This document shows, one piece after another, positions 46,260-55,171 of a stretch of 64,000 nt of DNA. The notes below the pieces were generated by a model. The model saw nothing but the letters and a program-made list of their open reading frames with translations, searched no databases and was not told where the DNA came from. The position numbers and the translations under genes were made by a program. Origin of the DNA: Candidatus Doudnabacteria bacterium (GTDB lineage Bacteria > Patescibacteriota > Doudnabacteria > UBA920 > VMFF01); contig CAWIZL010000002.1 in assembly GCA_963840645.1 (NCBI GenBank), positions 81,663 to 145,662 of the forward strand, in the 5' to 3' direction. Position 1 is the stretch's first letter, and each line of letters starts with the position of its first letter.

Positions 46260-46820
46260 CTAGCTATTCGCCCTCTCAACGTACTCGCCAGTTCTGGTGT
46301 CCACTCGCACAGCATCACCTTCTTTAATGAACATTGGCACCTGAACCACTAAGCCGCTTTCCAAAGTTACAGGCTTTGTGACAGAGCCGCCAGAGTTGCC
46401 AGTGACGTTTGGAGGGGACTCAGCCACCCTCAGCTCAACCTTCACAGGCAGCTCAATAGAAACTGGGTTGCCGTTGAACCGCAGCACGCTGACCTCTGTG
46501 CCTTCTTTCAAAAACTTTGCCTGCTCGCCAGTGGCATCCAAAGACATGTCAATTGTCTCGAACGTATCTGCACTCATGAAGTGCGTGCCAGAGCCATCGG
46601 CGTACAGGAAGCTGGCGCGCTCGCGCGCAACGTCTGCCTCTTCGATTTTCTCGCCGAACTTGAACGAGTACTCAATGACCTTGCCCGTGATGACGTTCTT
46701 GAGCTTTGTCTGCATCACAGGCTTGCGCTGCGCCGTGCGCATGCGGTTTGACCACGTGATCTGCATTGGCTGGCCGTTCATGAGCACAATGCCGCCAAGC
46801 TTAATGTCGGAGATATCCAT
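46260..46820 (-). CDS. efp: elongation factor P
   Basis: 186 aa with typical EF-P sequence (..VPMFIKEGDAVRVDTRTGEYVERA). Confidence 0.9.
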   Translation of the reverse strand: MDISDIKLGGIVLMNGQPMQITWSNRMRTAQRKPVMQTKLKNVITGKVIEYSFKFGEKIEEADVARERASFLYADGSGTHFMSADTFETIDMSLDATGEQAKFLKEGTEVSVLRFNGNPVSIELPVKVELRVAESPPNVTGNSGGSVTKPVTLESGLVVQVPMFIKEGDAVRVDTRTGEYVERANS

Positions 46821-46844
46821 ATGTTTGCGTTACTTGCCGAAGAA

Positions 46845-47060
46845 TTAGCTTGCCACGAAAGGCAGCAGCGCCATGTGGCGTGCGCGCTTGAGCGCAGATG
46901 TTACCATGCGCTGGTGCTTTGGGCACGTGCCTGTCTTTGCGTGCGAGAGAATCTTTGCGTGCGGCGACATGAAGCGGCGCAAGGTCTGCGCATCTTTGTA
47001 GTCCACGGTGCTGATTTTGTTGCTGCAGAAGTAGCAAATTTTTCTGGTGACTGGAATCAT
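46845..47060 (-). CDS. rpsR: 30S ribosomal protein S18
   Basis: CYFCSNKISTVDYKD..LRRFMS... Confidence 0.9.
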   Translation of the reverse strand: MIPVTRKICYFCSNKISTVDYKDAQTLRRFMSPHAKILSHAKTGTCPKHQRMVTSALKRARHMALLPFVAS

Positions 47061-47167
47061 AGGGGCAATTAGTTAGTATAAATAGTTACTAGACGGATCC
47101 GTATTTTTTTCATTCTATTGGTAGGCACACGTAGTTTAGCTATTAACTACTGACTAGTGACTAGTTG
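47061..47167 (-). repeat. conserved intergenic element, copy 2
   Basis: See 1813..1901. Fills the ssb-stop to rpsR-start gap. Confidence 0.6.
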
Positions 47168-47656
47168 TTAGAATGGAATGTCTTCGACCGTAATTTCTTC
47201 GTCTGCGCCAGCTTGGTCTTGCTGGATTGTTGGGGTCTGGCTATCAGCTGACATGAAGTCGTCTGACGGGGCTGATGTTTTTACTGGTGCACTTGCTGCG
47301 GACGAGCCTGCGCTGCCCATGCCACCTGGAGCACTGCCGAGCATGATCATGTTGTCAACGACAACCTCAGTGCGGTAGTTTTTCTTGCCGTCTTGGCCGT
47401 CCCACGTGCGCGTTTGCAGGCGTCCTTCAATGTAGACCTGGCGACCTTTTTTCATGTACTGGTAGATGATGTCTGCCAGCTTGCGCCACGCCACGCAGTT
47501 TGTGAACTCTGTGCGCTCTTGCTTTGCGCCGCTGGCGTCTGTGAACGTGAAGCCCGTTGCCACTGAGAACGAAACCACGTTTGTGCCCTGCGGCGTGGTG
47601 CGCATTTCTGGGTCACGCGTGAGGCGTCCGATTAGCATTACTTTGTTGAGATCCAT
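47168..47656 (-). CDS. ssb: single-stranded DNA-binding protein
   Basis: OB-fold N-terminus MDLNKVMLIGRLTRDPE and acidic tail ..EDIPF. Confidence 0.9.
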   Translation of the reverse strand: MDLNKVMLIGRLTRDPEMRTTPQGTNVVSFSVATGFTFTDASGAKQERTEFTNCVAWRKLADIIYQYMKKGRQVYIEGRLQTRTWDGQDGKKNYRTEVVVDNMIMLGSAPGGMGSAGSSAASAPVKTSAPSDDFMSADSQTPTIQQDQAGADEEITVEDIPF

Positions 47657-47749
47657 ACAATTCCTTTCGCTGTTAATGTTGCTTTTCGTCAGAGTAGCAC
47701 CCTGACTTTAAATCAACGTTAGCTTTAGGTTAACTTTGTGTTAGCTGGA

Positions 47750-48268
47750 CTAGATATTCACGTTCAGCGCTGCATCGATTTTTTCATCGAGCGCTTCGTC
47801 TGTCAAAGGAGCTGCTGGCTTGCTTGGTTCTGCCGGTGTAGCCGGCTGAACCTTGCCAAGCTGTGGCTTTTCCTCAGCCACTCTATCAGCAGGAGCTGGA
47901 ATCCCGCCTGCAGGTGCGTTCTCGCCGCGCGTCTTGTTCATCCTCTCTTGCTCGATCAAATCTTTTGCCTGGCGAAGTAACATCTCTTCAATGTTCACCA
48001 CAATGTGGCGAATGATGCCGTCAGTGTGCAGAATCTTTGTGTCGAGCTCGCCGAGCTTTGCGCCTGGCATCTCGAACACGACAACATCGTAGAAACCATT
48101 GCGCGTCTTCTTAATTGGGTAGGCAAGCTTCTTCTTGCCGAGCTTTTCTTCGCGCTCGACAGTGCCGCCCACTTCTCCTATTAAACGTAAAACCCCATCT
48201 GTGACAGTGGGGATTTGATCATCGGAAACAGTTGATGCAACGATGTACATCAGTTCATATTTCGGCAT
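47750..48268 (-). CDS. rpsF: 30S ribosomal protein S6 with a C-terminal extension
   Basis: MPKYELMYIV N-terminus. rpsF-ssb-rpsR gene order. Confidence 0.8.
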   Translation of the reverse strand: MPKYELMYIVASTVSDDQIPTVTDGVLRLIGEVGGTVEREEKLGKKKLAYPIKKTRNGFYDVVVFEMPGAKLGELDTKILHTDGIIRHIVVNIEEMLLRQAKDLIEQERMNKTRGENAPAGGIPAPADRVAEEKPQLGKVQPATPAEPSKPAAPLTDEALDEKIDAALNVNI

Positions 48269-48368
48269 GATGACAAATTCCTTTCTCATCATCACCACGA
48301 TTGCTCGCGGCGAATATTAGTATTAAGTTGTTAGAAACATTATACACCAAGAGTCAGAGACTGTATAC

Positions 48369-48397
48369 TTGACAAAGTACAATATATATGATAATAT
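48369..48397 (+). promoter_or_regulatory. sigma70-type promoter now facing the IS element
   Basis: TTGACA (48369-48374), 17 nt, TAATAT (48392-48397). Same hexamers and spacing as the DGR-3 target promoter. Confidence 0.5.
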
Positions 48398-48430
48398 GCG
48401 AACAGGCTCAGTTTGGCACCCGCACCCCCC

Positions 48431-49493
48431 AATCCGAACACTCGGATTTTTTCTTTTCAGCCTTTCTTTGCAGCGCTCCGGCGCTGTTTCCGTTCGCGGT
48501 ACTCGTCCAGCCTCTCTCGCGGCGTCGCGTAGTTCAGAACCTCCATGAATTTGCCCGCCATTTTTTTCTCGATGGCCGCGACCCGACGCACCGAGAGCCT
48601 GGAGATATCTGAGCCCTTCGGCACGTAGACCCTGACCCTGCCGTTCAGGTTCTCCACCTGCGGCTTCTCCCACATGTGGCCGGGTAGCAGAAGTACACGC
48701 GGATGCCGAGCTCGCGGGCGAGCTGCTCGTGGTGCACCCAGAGCAGGTCGTTGTCCGTGGTCATGCTCGACCACTCGGGGTAGCGCGCCTTGATCCGCTT
48801 GGCTGCGGCGAGGACGGCGCCTGCTGACGGCGCCAGGGTGCGCTCGAGGAACGGCGCCCGGGTCGGCATGTCCTCGACGACGAGCAGGGTGCCGCGACCC
48901 GACCTGCCCGAGACGATGAAGTCGCCCTCGGCGTCGCCGACGCGGGGCTGCTGCCCAATGGATTTGGGTCGTTTGTCTATGAACGTGCGGCCGTCAGCGA
49001 GTTTCTTCCGCGCCCCGTTCCTGCGCCGCTTCCTCTTCTTCAGCCTGCTCCGGTGGTGCTCAATCTTCCTGCCGTGCGGCGAGGCGACGTACCGGTACAC
49101 GCTGTTCTTGGACACGTCTGGCAGGTTCGGCTCGTGGGTCCTGATCCTGCCAGACACGGCCTCGGGCGACTGGTCGTCGAGCAGCTCCCGCTCGACGAAC
49201 TCGCGGAGCCCGAAGTTCTCGACGAGCTTCTTGCCCTGGTACCTGGCGTTGTGCCGCCGCACGTACGCCCTGTGGTGCGCCTTGGCCGGGTCGTACGCGC
49301 CGCGCACGCTGTTCCGACCCACCTCGTCGCTGACCGTGGACACCGACCGGTGCATAGCGCGGGCGACCGCGCGCATGGAGTACCCCTTCCCCAACAAAAT
49401 TTTTAGCTCGCCGCGCTCGGCCTTCGTGAGGTGCGAGCGCTGTTTTTTTCATGCCTACATTCTAGCAGCTTTTTCTGGCCGAGTGTTCGGATT
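48431..49493 (-). mobile_element. IS30-family insertion sequence, GC-rich
   Basis: 15-bp terminal inverted repeats AATCCGAACACTCGG (48431-48445) and CCGAGTGTTCGGATT (49479-49493) flank an IS30-like transposase gene. Confidence 0.7.
48457..49452 (-). pseudogene. IS30-family transposase, at least two frame breaks
   Basis: Fragments in ORFs 49060..49452 (start plus an A7 run), 48645..49397 (HTH and DDE core) and 48457..48774 (C-terminus). Confidence 0.8.
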
Positions 49494-49547
49494 CAAAAGG
49501 GAACCCGCCTTTTACTGGGTACTTTCAAAAATTAGGAGGATACGCCA

Positions 49548-50156
49548 ATGTCTGAAATCGAAACATTGACCGCATCTGAACCATACGACAGGCAGGTTGA
49601 GAAGTTGACCGAACGGTTGCTCGCAGCAGGGCGCAAATCGGGAATTCCACCATCTCAGTTTCAGGTGGGTCTCGAGTACCCTGGTACTCAGCTCGAAGAT
49701 AAGATTGCGAAGATTATTGTCGAGTTCTCGAAGAGGGCATCTGGAATCTTTACTCTCATGGCCGCAAAGGACACTGGCCTCGTACGAGATGGTTGGACGA
49801 TCGAGAGCGATGACCCGTGCAACGTTGATGTCGCCAAACTCGATTATTCGTATTGCCCCGTAAAGGCAGGCGAAGGTTCCATCAACGGAACCGTCTTGCT
49901 AGAACGTGCGTGCGGCATCGGATGTCTTGGCTTCGGCAAGCTCGTGCTCGACGAGCAGAAAGCGGGAAGGAATGTTATTCCCGTGGAACTGCAAGGGAAG
50001 ATTTATATTCCTCTCACCAGAACCATTCTGCGGAACCGTTACGATGACCGCTACGTGCCGTGCCTCCATTGGAATGGTTCGGAGTGGTGCGTGATCTTCT
50101 TCTGGCTCGACGACAGGTTCAACTCGGATGCTCGTTTGGTTCGCCCCAGCGAGTAG
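49548..50156 (+). CDS. DGR-2 variable (target) protein
   Basis: 202 aa, AGGAGG RBS, no signal peptide. C-terminal VR ..RNRYDDRYVPCLHWNGSEWCVIFFWLDDRFNSDARLVRPSE. Homologous to 57510..58175. Confidence 0.85.
   Translation: MSEIETLTASEPYDRQVEKLTERLLAAGRKSGIPPSQFQVGLEYPGTQLEDKIAKIIVEFSKRASGIFTLMAAKDTGLVRDGWTIESDDPCNVDVAKLDYSYCPVKAGEGSINGTVLLERACGIGCLGFGKLVLDEQKAGRNVIPVELQGKIYIPLTRTILRNRYDDRYVPCLHWNGSEWCVIFFWLDDRFNSDARLVRPSE
50026..50150 (+). repeat. VR2
   Basis: 125-nt ungapped alignment to 50494..50618 (offset 468). 13 mismatches, all at TR adenines. Confidence 0.95.
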
Positions 50157-50278
50157 CACTCAGACACTTGGCTACTCTTTGCTTTTGGGTCTTGTACCCT
50201 TGGCACTTGCGCCCACGGTTTTGCAGCAATGCAAACCCGTTGGTTTTACTTTTCATAAAATTTTCCTATACTACTTTT

Positions 50279-50660
50279 GGACAGAGCGTTCAGCCTGGGT
50301 TACGGCTTCAGGCAGCAAGTCTAGCGTTACCAAAAAATGAGAGTGTCAGGGGGTACGCCTCATGGCAGAAATATTTTTTGGCAATCTTTAAAAAAAGATA
50401 CTCGGTGTGCAGTGTCAGAGAGCTGACGGCTCTGCGTAAAATTCAACCCCGAGAGTATTCAAAGGGTGGTGGCATGGACGACACTGCGCACGTTTCTGCG
50501 GAACCGTAACGATAACCGCAACGTGCCGTACCTCAATTGGAATGGTTCGAAGTGGTACGTGAACTTCAACTGGCTCGACAACAAGTTCAACTCGAATGCT
50601 CGTTTGGTTCGCCCCAGCTAGTATCTCCCACTCCTCCTTAAGCAAGAGGAGTTTGGTTTG
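50279..50660 (+). ncRNA. predicted stand-alone TR2 RNA
   Basis: -10 TATACT at 50267-50272. Leader blocks at 50294-50312, 50397-50407 and 50459-50472. TR at 50494-50618. Hairpin ACTCCTC/GAGGAGT at 50630-50652 followed by TTTGGTTTG. Confidence 0.5.
50494..50618 (+). repeat. TR2
   Basis: Reads ..RNRNDNRNVPYLNWNGSKWYVNFNWLDNKFNSNARLVRPS in the VR frame. Confidence 0.95.
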
Positions 50661-50976
50661 TAAGTTGCCTTTGCCAGCCGCCGAGCATTTTGCCGACCTC
50701 GAGCAGAGGGTTAGATATCGCCGTGTATTTTTTAGTATCAAAACTTTTCAGCTCCCACGCTATTTGCAGAAAGAATTTTAACGTATCCAGTTTCACAGTC
50801 GCTCTCTGAATAATCAAGCTTTTGTGTTCACGTTTTGCAAAAGTTGCGATCAGAATCAACTCAGATGTATCAATGAACAGCAGGTCTATTTTTTCTCCAA
50901 GTGAGTACCGAGAAACCCGCGGAATATTTGGTAGTACGTTATGCCAGATTTTGTAAGCCGCTACTATTTTTTGTAG
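50638..50976 (-). CDS. avd: Avd-like DGR accessory protein 2
   Basis: The ORF track gives only 50638..50859. The frame is open upstream to 51033, and the position of the TTG start of avd1/avd3 is CTA here. The conserved ATG at 51044 is in frame only if the C tract is 11 nt. Confidence 0.7.
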   Translation of the reverse strand, partial: LQKIVAAYKIWHNVLPNIPRVSRYSLGEKIDLLFIDTSELILIATFAKREHKSLIIQRATVKLDTLKFFLQIAWELKSFDTKKYTAISNPLLEVGKMLGGWQRQLTNQTPLA

Positions 50977-51021
50977 AATTGGTAAGTTGCTAGCTGTTTG
51001 TTCTGTGGATAAGTTTCCATT

Positions 51022-51031
51022 GGGGGGGGGG
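51022..51031. repeat. G10/C10 homopolymer
   Basis: Counted directly; TGTGGATAA lies at 51004-51012, 9 nt upstream. Confidence 0.9.
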
Positions 51032-51053
51032 TCTTATAAGTCATGATTTTAAG

Positions 51054-52073
51054 ATGAAGATTACATTTGAAAAGAATTACAGCGAAATTATTTCCCCAGA
51101 CAACCTGTTTGCTGCTTGGCAAGAGTTTACCATTGGCAAGAGATCGAAGAAGGATGTGCAAAATTTCAGCCTGCACCTATCTGACAATATTCTACAGCTT
51201 CACCGCGACCTTGCCAATTTTACTTATAGGCACGGTGGATATTCCGCGTTCAATATCTCTGATCCAAAGCCGCGCAACATTCATAAGGCAAGTATCAGAG
51301 ACAGGGTTTTGCACCATGCAATCTATAGGCAACTCCACCCATTCTTTGACAGGACCTTCATACCAGATTCATTTTCATGCCGCATCAATAAAGGTACGCA
51401 CAGAGCAATGAATCGGTTTCAAGCCTTTGCATGGAAGGTTAGCGGCAACCATACGAAAAATTGTTGGGTGCTAAAGTGTGACATAAAAAAGTTTTTTGGA
51501 AGCATTGACCACGCTGTCTTGCTGAAAATTTTAATCACCCACGTACGAGATGAAAAAATACTTTGGCTTCTCCAAAACCTAATCGAGAGTTTTAATTCTG
51601 GCAGTCCTGGAAAAGGTTTGCCTCTCGGTAACTTAACGTCCCAGTTGTTTTGCAACGTGTACATGAATGAGTTTGATCAATTTGTGAAGCATAGACTCTG
51701 TGCGAAAAATTATATTCGCTACGCTGATGATTTCGTGTTCATGTCTAACGATGAAAGGTGGCTCAGGAACCAGATCCCTAGAATCTCAGAATTTTTAGAG
51801 AACCAGCTACAGCTACATTTGCACCCAAACAAACTATTTGTGAAGAACCTTGCTTCGGGCGTGGATTTTTTAGGTTGGGTACATTTTTCAAAATTTAAGG
51901 TGGTTCGTTCTACAACCCAGAAGCGCATGGTACGAAGGATCTCTGAACAGCCAACGAACGAAACCATACAGTCGTACCTGGGACTACTGAGGCACGGAGA
52001 TGCCTATGATCTTCAGCAAGAAATTTTGAACCTGTATGGCTTGCTTGCGTCGCGCTCGTTTGACCACACATGA
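51054..52073 (+). CDS. DGR reverse transcriptase 2
   Basis: LPLGNLTSQLFCNVYMN, YIRYADDFVF. Confidence 0.9.
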   Translation: MKITFEKNYSEIISPDNLFAAWQEFTIGKRSKKDVQNFSLHLSDNILQLHRDLANFTYRHGGYSAFNISDPKPRNIHKASIRDRVLHHAIYRQLHPFFDRTFIPDSFSCRINKGTHRAMNRFQAFAWKVSGNHTKNCWVLKCDIKKFFGSIDHAVLLKILITHVRDEKILWLLQNLIESFNSGSPGKGLPLGNLTSQLFCNVYMNEFDQFVKHRLCAKNYIRYADDFVFMSNDERWLRNQIPRISEFLENQLQLHLHPNKLFVKNLASGVDFLGWVHFSKFKVVRSTTQKRMVRRISEQPTNETIQSYLGLLRHGDAYDLQQEILNLYGLLASRSFDHT

Positions 52074-52121
52074 AGAAAAGAGTACAATTGTTAGTAAATT
52101 GAGTTCACAGGAGGAATTTCA

Positions 52122-52721
52122 ATGTCCCAAGCTCGGAGTTTTTCATCAGACGTCAATCTTGTCATGCCAGGGTTCTATACGGATTCAAGCAAGATCTTCC
52201 GTGCTTGGAAGACTGCCAAGCACACGTGTCGAAATATCGTAGAGGTTCGCTTTCTTCTCATCCAGGGCCAGTGCAGAATGGATAAATGGACTGACGACGT
52301 GCTCTCTCAGCGCGCAAACTTCATTTCCAAGGATAAGAGCGTGGTAGATCCAGAATTCCCGTTGGTAAAAGTTTCTGGGTACAATCTCGGTTTTAAAGTC
52401 CCTGCGAAGCACAGGGCAATCGTCGAGCGCGCTGAAGTTCTGGGACTCAACCGGTGCGAGCTAGAGGATTCTCCTTACGTGCGGCTGGCCTACGCTGATC
52501 AGCCGAGAGGAGAGTTGGCACTCATCGCCATGGATTCAGTGGCAGCTGCTCTGTACGGTAACGAGCCTCCGCCGGTTTATCCTGGGCCTCGCTTCCGAGA
52601 CGTTGACCTGGATTTCTGCTACTTGCACCGGGAGATTACGGGCGAAGTCTTCCTGCACATGTATTACGGTACTCAGGACGATGAATTTGATCCGAGCGTG
52701 CAGTGGGTATTCCGGCAATAG
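52122..52721 (+). CDS. hypothetical protein with a VR-like but non-templated C-terminus
   Basis: 199 aa, AGGAGG RBS. C-terminus RFRDVDLDFCYLH..FLHMYYGTQDDEFDPSVQWVFRQ mirrors the pattern of the TR2/TR3 products. No nucleotide match to any TR. Confidence 0.6.
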   Translation: MSQARSFSSDVNLVMPGFYTDSSKIFRAWKTAKHTCRNIVEVRFLLIQGQCRMDKWTDDVLSQRANFISKDKSVVDPEFPLVKVSGYNLGFKVPAKHRAIVERAEVLGLNRCELEDSPYVRLAYADQPRGELALIAMDSVAAALYGNEPPPVYPGPRFRDVDLDFCYLHREITGEVFLHMYYGTQDDEFDPSVQWVFRQ

Positions 52722-52791
52722 TTTTGAACAAAGACAGAAACAACAGGGCTCCGCGCTATCCAGTGCGGAGCCATACTTTTTATCCGCTTTT

Positions 52792-53865
52792 TTATGCATT
52801 CACCCTGAAGTGCACCACGTCGCCATCTTGGATGACGTACTCTTTGCCTTCAACGCGCAGCCAACCGCGGTCTCGTGCAGCTGCGTAGCTGCCAGCTTCG
52901 AGCAGCTTGTCCCATGCAATGACCTCTGCGCGGATGAAGCCAGCCTCAAAGTCTGTGTGAATTTTGCCTGCTGCTTGCGGAGCTTTTGTGCCCGCCACGC
53001 ACGTCCAGGCTTTGCTCTCCTTTGGGCCCGCTGTAATGAACGTGACCAAATTCAGAGTTTTGTATGCAGTGCGGGCAATTTTATCTAACCCGCTCTCGTC
53101 CATGCCGAGTTCTTTTAAGTAAGTGGCGCGCTCAGCATCATCGAGCTCAGAAAGTTCGCTCTCGATTTTTGCAGAAATGGGAATGAATTTTTTCTCGCCC
53201 TGTGCTTCTTTAAAGTTTTTCACCTCGTCTTCTGCGACGTTTGCCACGAAAAGGAATGGCTTGTTGGTGAGCAGCTGGATGTCCAGTGCCTTTGCCTCGT
53301 CGTCGGTGAGTACAGCGTCTTTTGCCATTTTGCCTTCAGCCAGTACAGTCTGAATTTTTTCTAGCGCAGATTTTTTCAACCCAGCTCCAGCTGCGCCAGA
53401 CTTAATGTCTTTCTGTAAAGTTTCCAAACGCTTGCCAACCATTTCTAAATCAGCCAAGCCAAGCTCAATGGCAATTGTCTCAACGTCGCGCAGCGGGTCA
53501 ACTGTTTCGCTGACGTGGATAATATCCTTGTCTTCAAAGAAGCGCACCACTTCCATGATGGCATCAACCTCGCGGATTTTTGCCAGGAACTTGTTGCCCA
53601 AGCCTTCGCCCTTGTGCGCGCCTGCGATGAGGCCTGCAATGTCAACGAACTCTATTGTAGTTGGCACTATTTTCTCTGAATTTTCTAGCGCGGCAAGTTT
53701 TGCCAGGCGGTCGTCCGGCACGGCAACAACGCCAACGTTCGGCTCTATGGTTGCGAACGGGTAGTTTGCAGCCTCAACCTTGCTCTTTGTGATGGCATTG
53801 AACAGCGTAGATTTTCCAACGTTTGGCAGGCCGACGATTCCGATGGAGTGAGTTGAACTGGACAT
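52792..53865 (-). CDS. ychF: ribosome-binding ATPase YchF
   Basis: GIVGLPNVGKSTLFNA G1 motif. 357 aa. Confidence 0.9.
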   Translation of the reverse strand: MSSSTHSIGIVGLPNVGKSTLFNAITKSKVEAANYPFATIEPNVGVVAVPDDRLAKLAALENSEKIVPTTIEFVDIAGLIAGAHKGEGLGNKFLAKIREVDAIMEVVRFFEDKDIIHVSETVDPLRDVETIAIELGLADLEMVGKRLETLQKDIKSGAAGAGLKKSALEKIQTVLAEGKMAKDAVLTDDEAKALDIQLLTNKPFLFVANVAEDEVKNFKEAQGEKKFIPISAKIESELSELDDAERATYLKELGMDESGLDKIARTAYKTLNLVTFITAGPKESKAWTCVAGTKAPQAAGKIHTDFEAGFIRAEVIAWDKLLEAGSYAAARDRGWLRVEGKEYVIQDGDVVHFRVNA

Positions 53866-54034
53866 CTAGTGGTATGTATCCGATTACTTGTAAGTGGTAT
53901 TTCGTTCCAATGACCTTATCTACCGTATTGAGGATTATCGCCCGTCTGGCGGCAAATTTCAAGCCCTGTAGGGTTTCCTTAGCCTTCTCTGCAAAGGCTT
54001 CCATGTCTCGCTCGGTTGGTGTTTCTAGCTGCAA
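53866..54034 (-). pseudogene. possible C-terminal remnant of a recombinase-like gene
   Basis: ..QLETPTERDMEAFAEKAKETLQGLKFAARRAIILNTVDKVIGTKYHLQVIGYIPL runs into the ychF start with no start or stop of its own. Confidence 0.25.
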
Positions 54035-54235
54035 CTGGGTAGCTTCATTTGTTACGTTTGCGATTTGTGCCTCAAGCTGGCCAATTTTTTCTCTGAGCGG
54101 TGTCGTGTAAGCCTGAAGCTGCTCAAGGAAATTCTATCTATCCAAAATCAAGATTTGAGCAAAATTAAAATTGAGATTAGCAAGTTTAAAGAATTAGAAG
54201 ATAAATCGCTCATCGGCACTGGCGGCATATTCATG

Positions 54236-55066
54236 AGTGAAGGACGTGCTGATTATCATCGAGCACAAGCAGTAAAAGAGCTGAAAGAGGTTGGCAACCT
54301 TACTTTTTATGAGATGGTTGAACTCATCAACCGCCGTACACATTTGCCCTGCATTGCCATTGAGGAAGTTTTGGAAAAGAATGGGCTGTCAAAAAGTGCG
54401 CTTGTGAGACGGGTAAATGAAAACATGGCTTTACTGTCATTTATCACCAGTAGTATTCTAGCAAATGCTTACAGGTATGAAGAAAAAATTGAGATGGTTG
54501 AGGAAGAAATCGAATTAGCAAAGATGTATCCGTTCAAGATTAGCGTCGAGCAAGGTAGAAGCACCCTCGTCATTTCGAGAGAACAGATGAATGAATTTAG
54601 CGGCAAGAGCCGTATTGGTTTCCATATTAATCCGTACAATTTTGACAGCACCGATGAAAAAGATTTGTTCAAGTATTTGCGGGATGTTTTGAATAAGGAC
54701 GAGGTGGTTGCCGACGTGTATTTTACAGGTGGAGCAACTGACCCAACTCATAATGATTTCTACGTTGAGTATTACAGTCCTGAAAACAAGCGGGTTGCTC
54801 GCTACTTCCCTGATTTTCTTATTGAGACCACGAAAGGCAGGTTTTTAGTGGTTGAGGTTAAGTCTAATCGAGAGAGGGAAAGTTATGAGAAAAATAAGCG
54901 AGACTATGATGGCAATTTAGAAAACCTCTTCAGTGAAGTTTTCGCAAAGGAAGTCGGGTTCAATGAGTTCCAACAGTCTAACAAAGATTTTGCTTACCAT
55001 CTTGTATTTGATGCGTCTTTGCAGAAACGACAGCAGGAGCTACTCGAAACTATTCGGGGAATTTAA
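54236..55066 (+). pseudogene. C-terminal fragment of a helicase/restriction-type nuclease (PD-(D/E)XK end)
   Basis: ..YFPDFLIETTKGRFLVVEVKSNRE.. nuclease motif. No N-terminal ATPase/helicase domain present (ORF track 54065..55066). Confidence 0.4.
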
Positions 55067-55171
55067 ATATCAAAACCGAACGGTTATGTACTACGTTACG
55101 GCACGTCGCTATTTAAGTGGTTTTTTGCTATTATTAAGTAAACTTAGAATCAAAATTACGATTGAAATTGT

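Larger units (their letters stand above)
49548..52073 (+). other. DGR cassette 2: target gene with VR, TR unit, avd (opposite strand), RT
   Basis: Same parts and order as cassettes 1 and 3. Confidence 0.9.
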
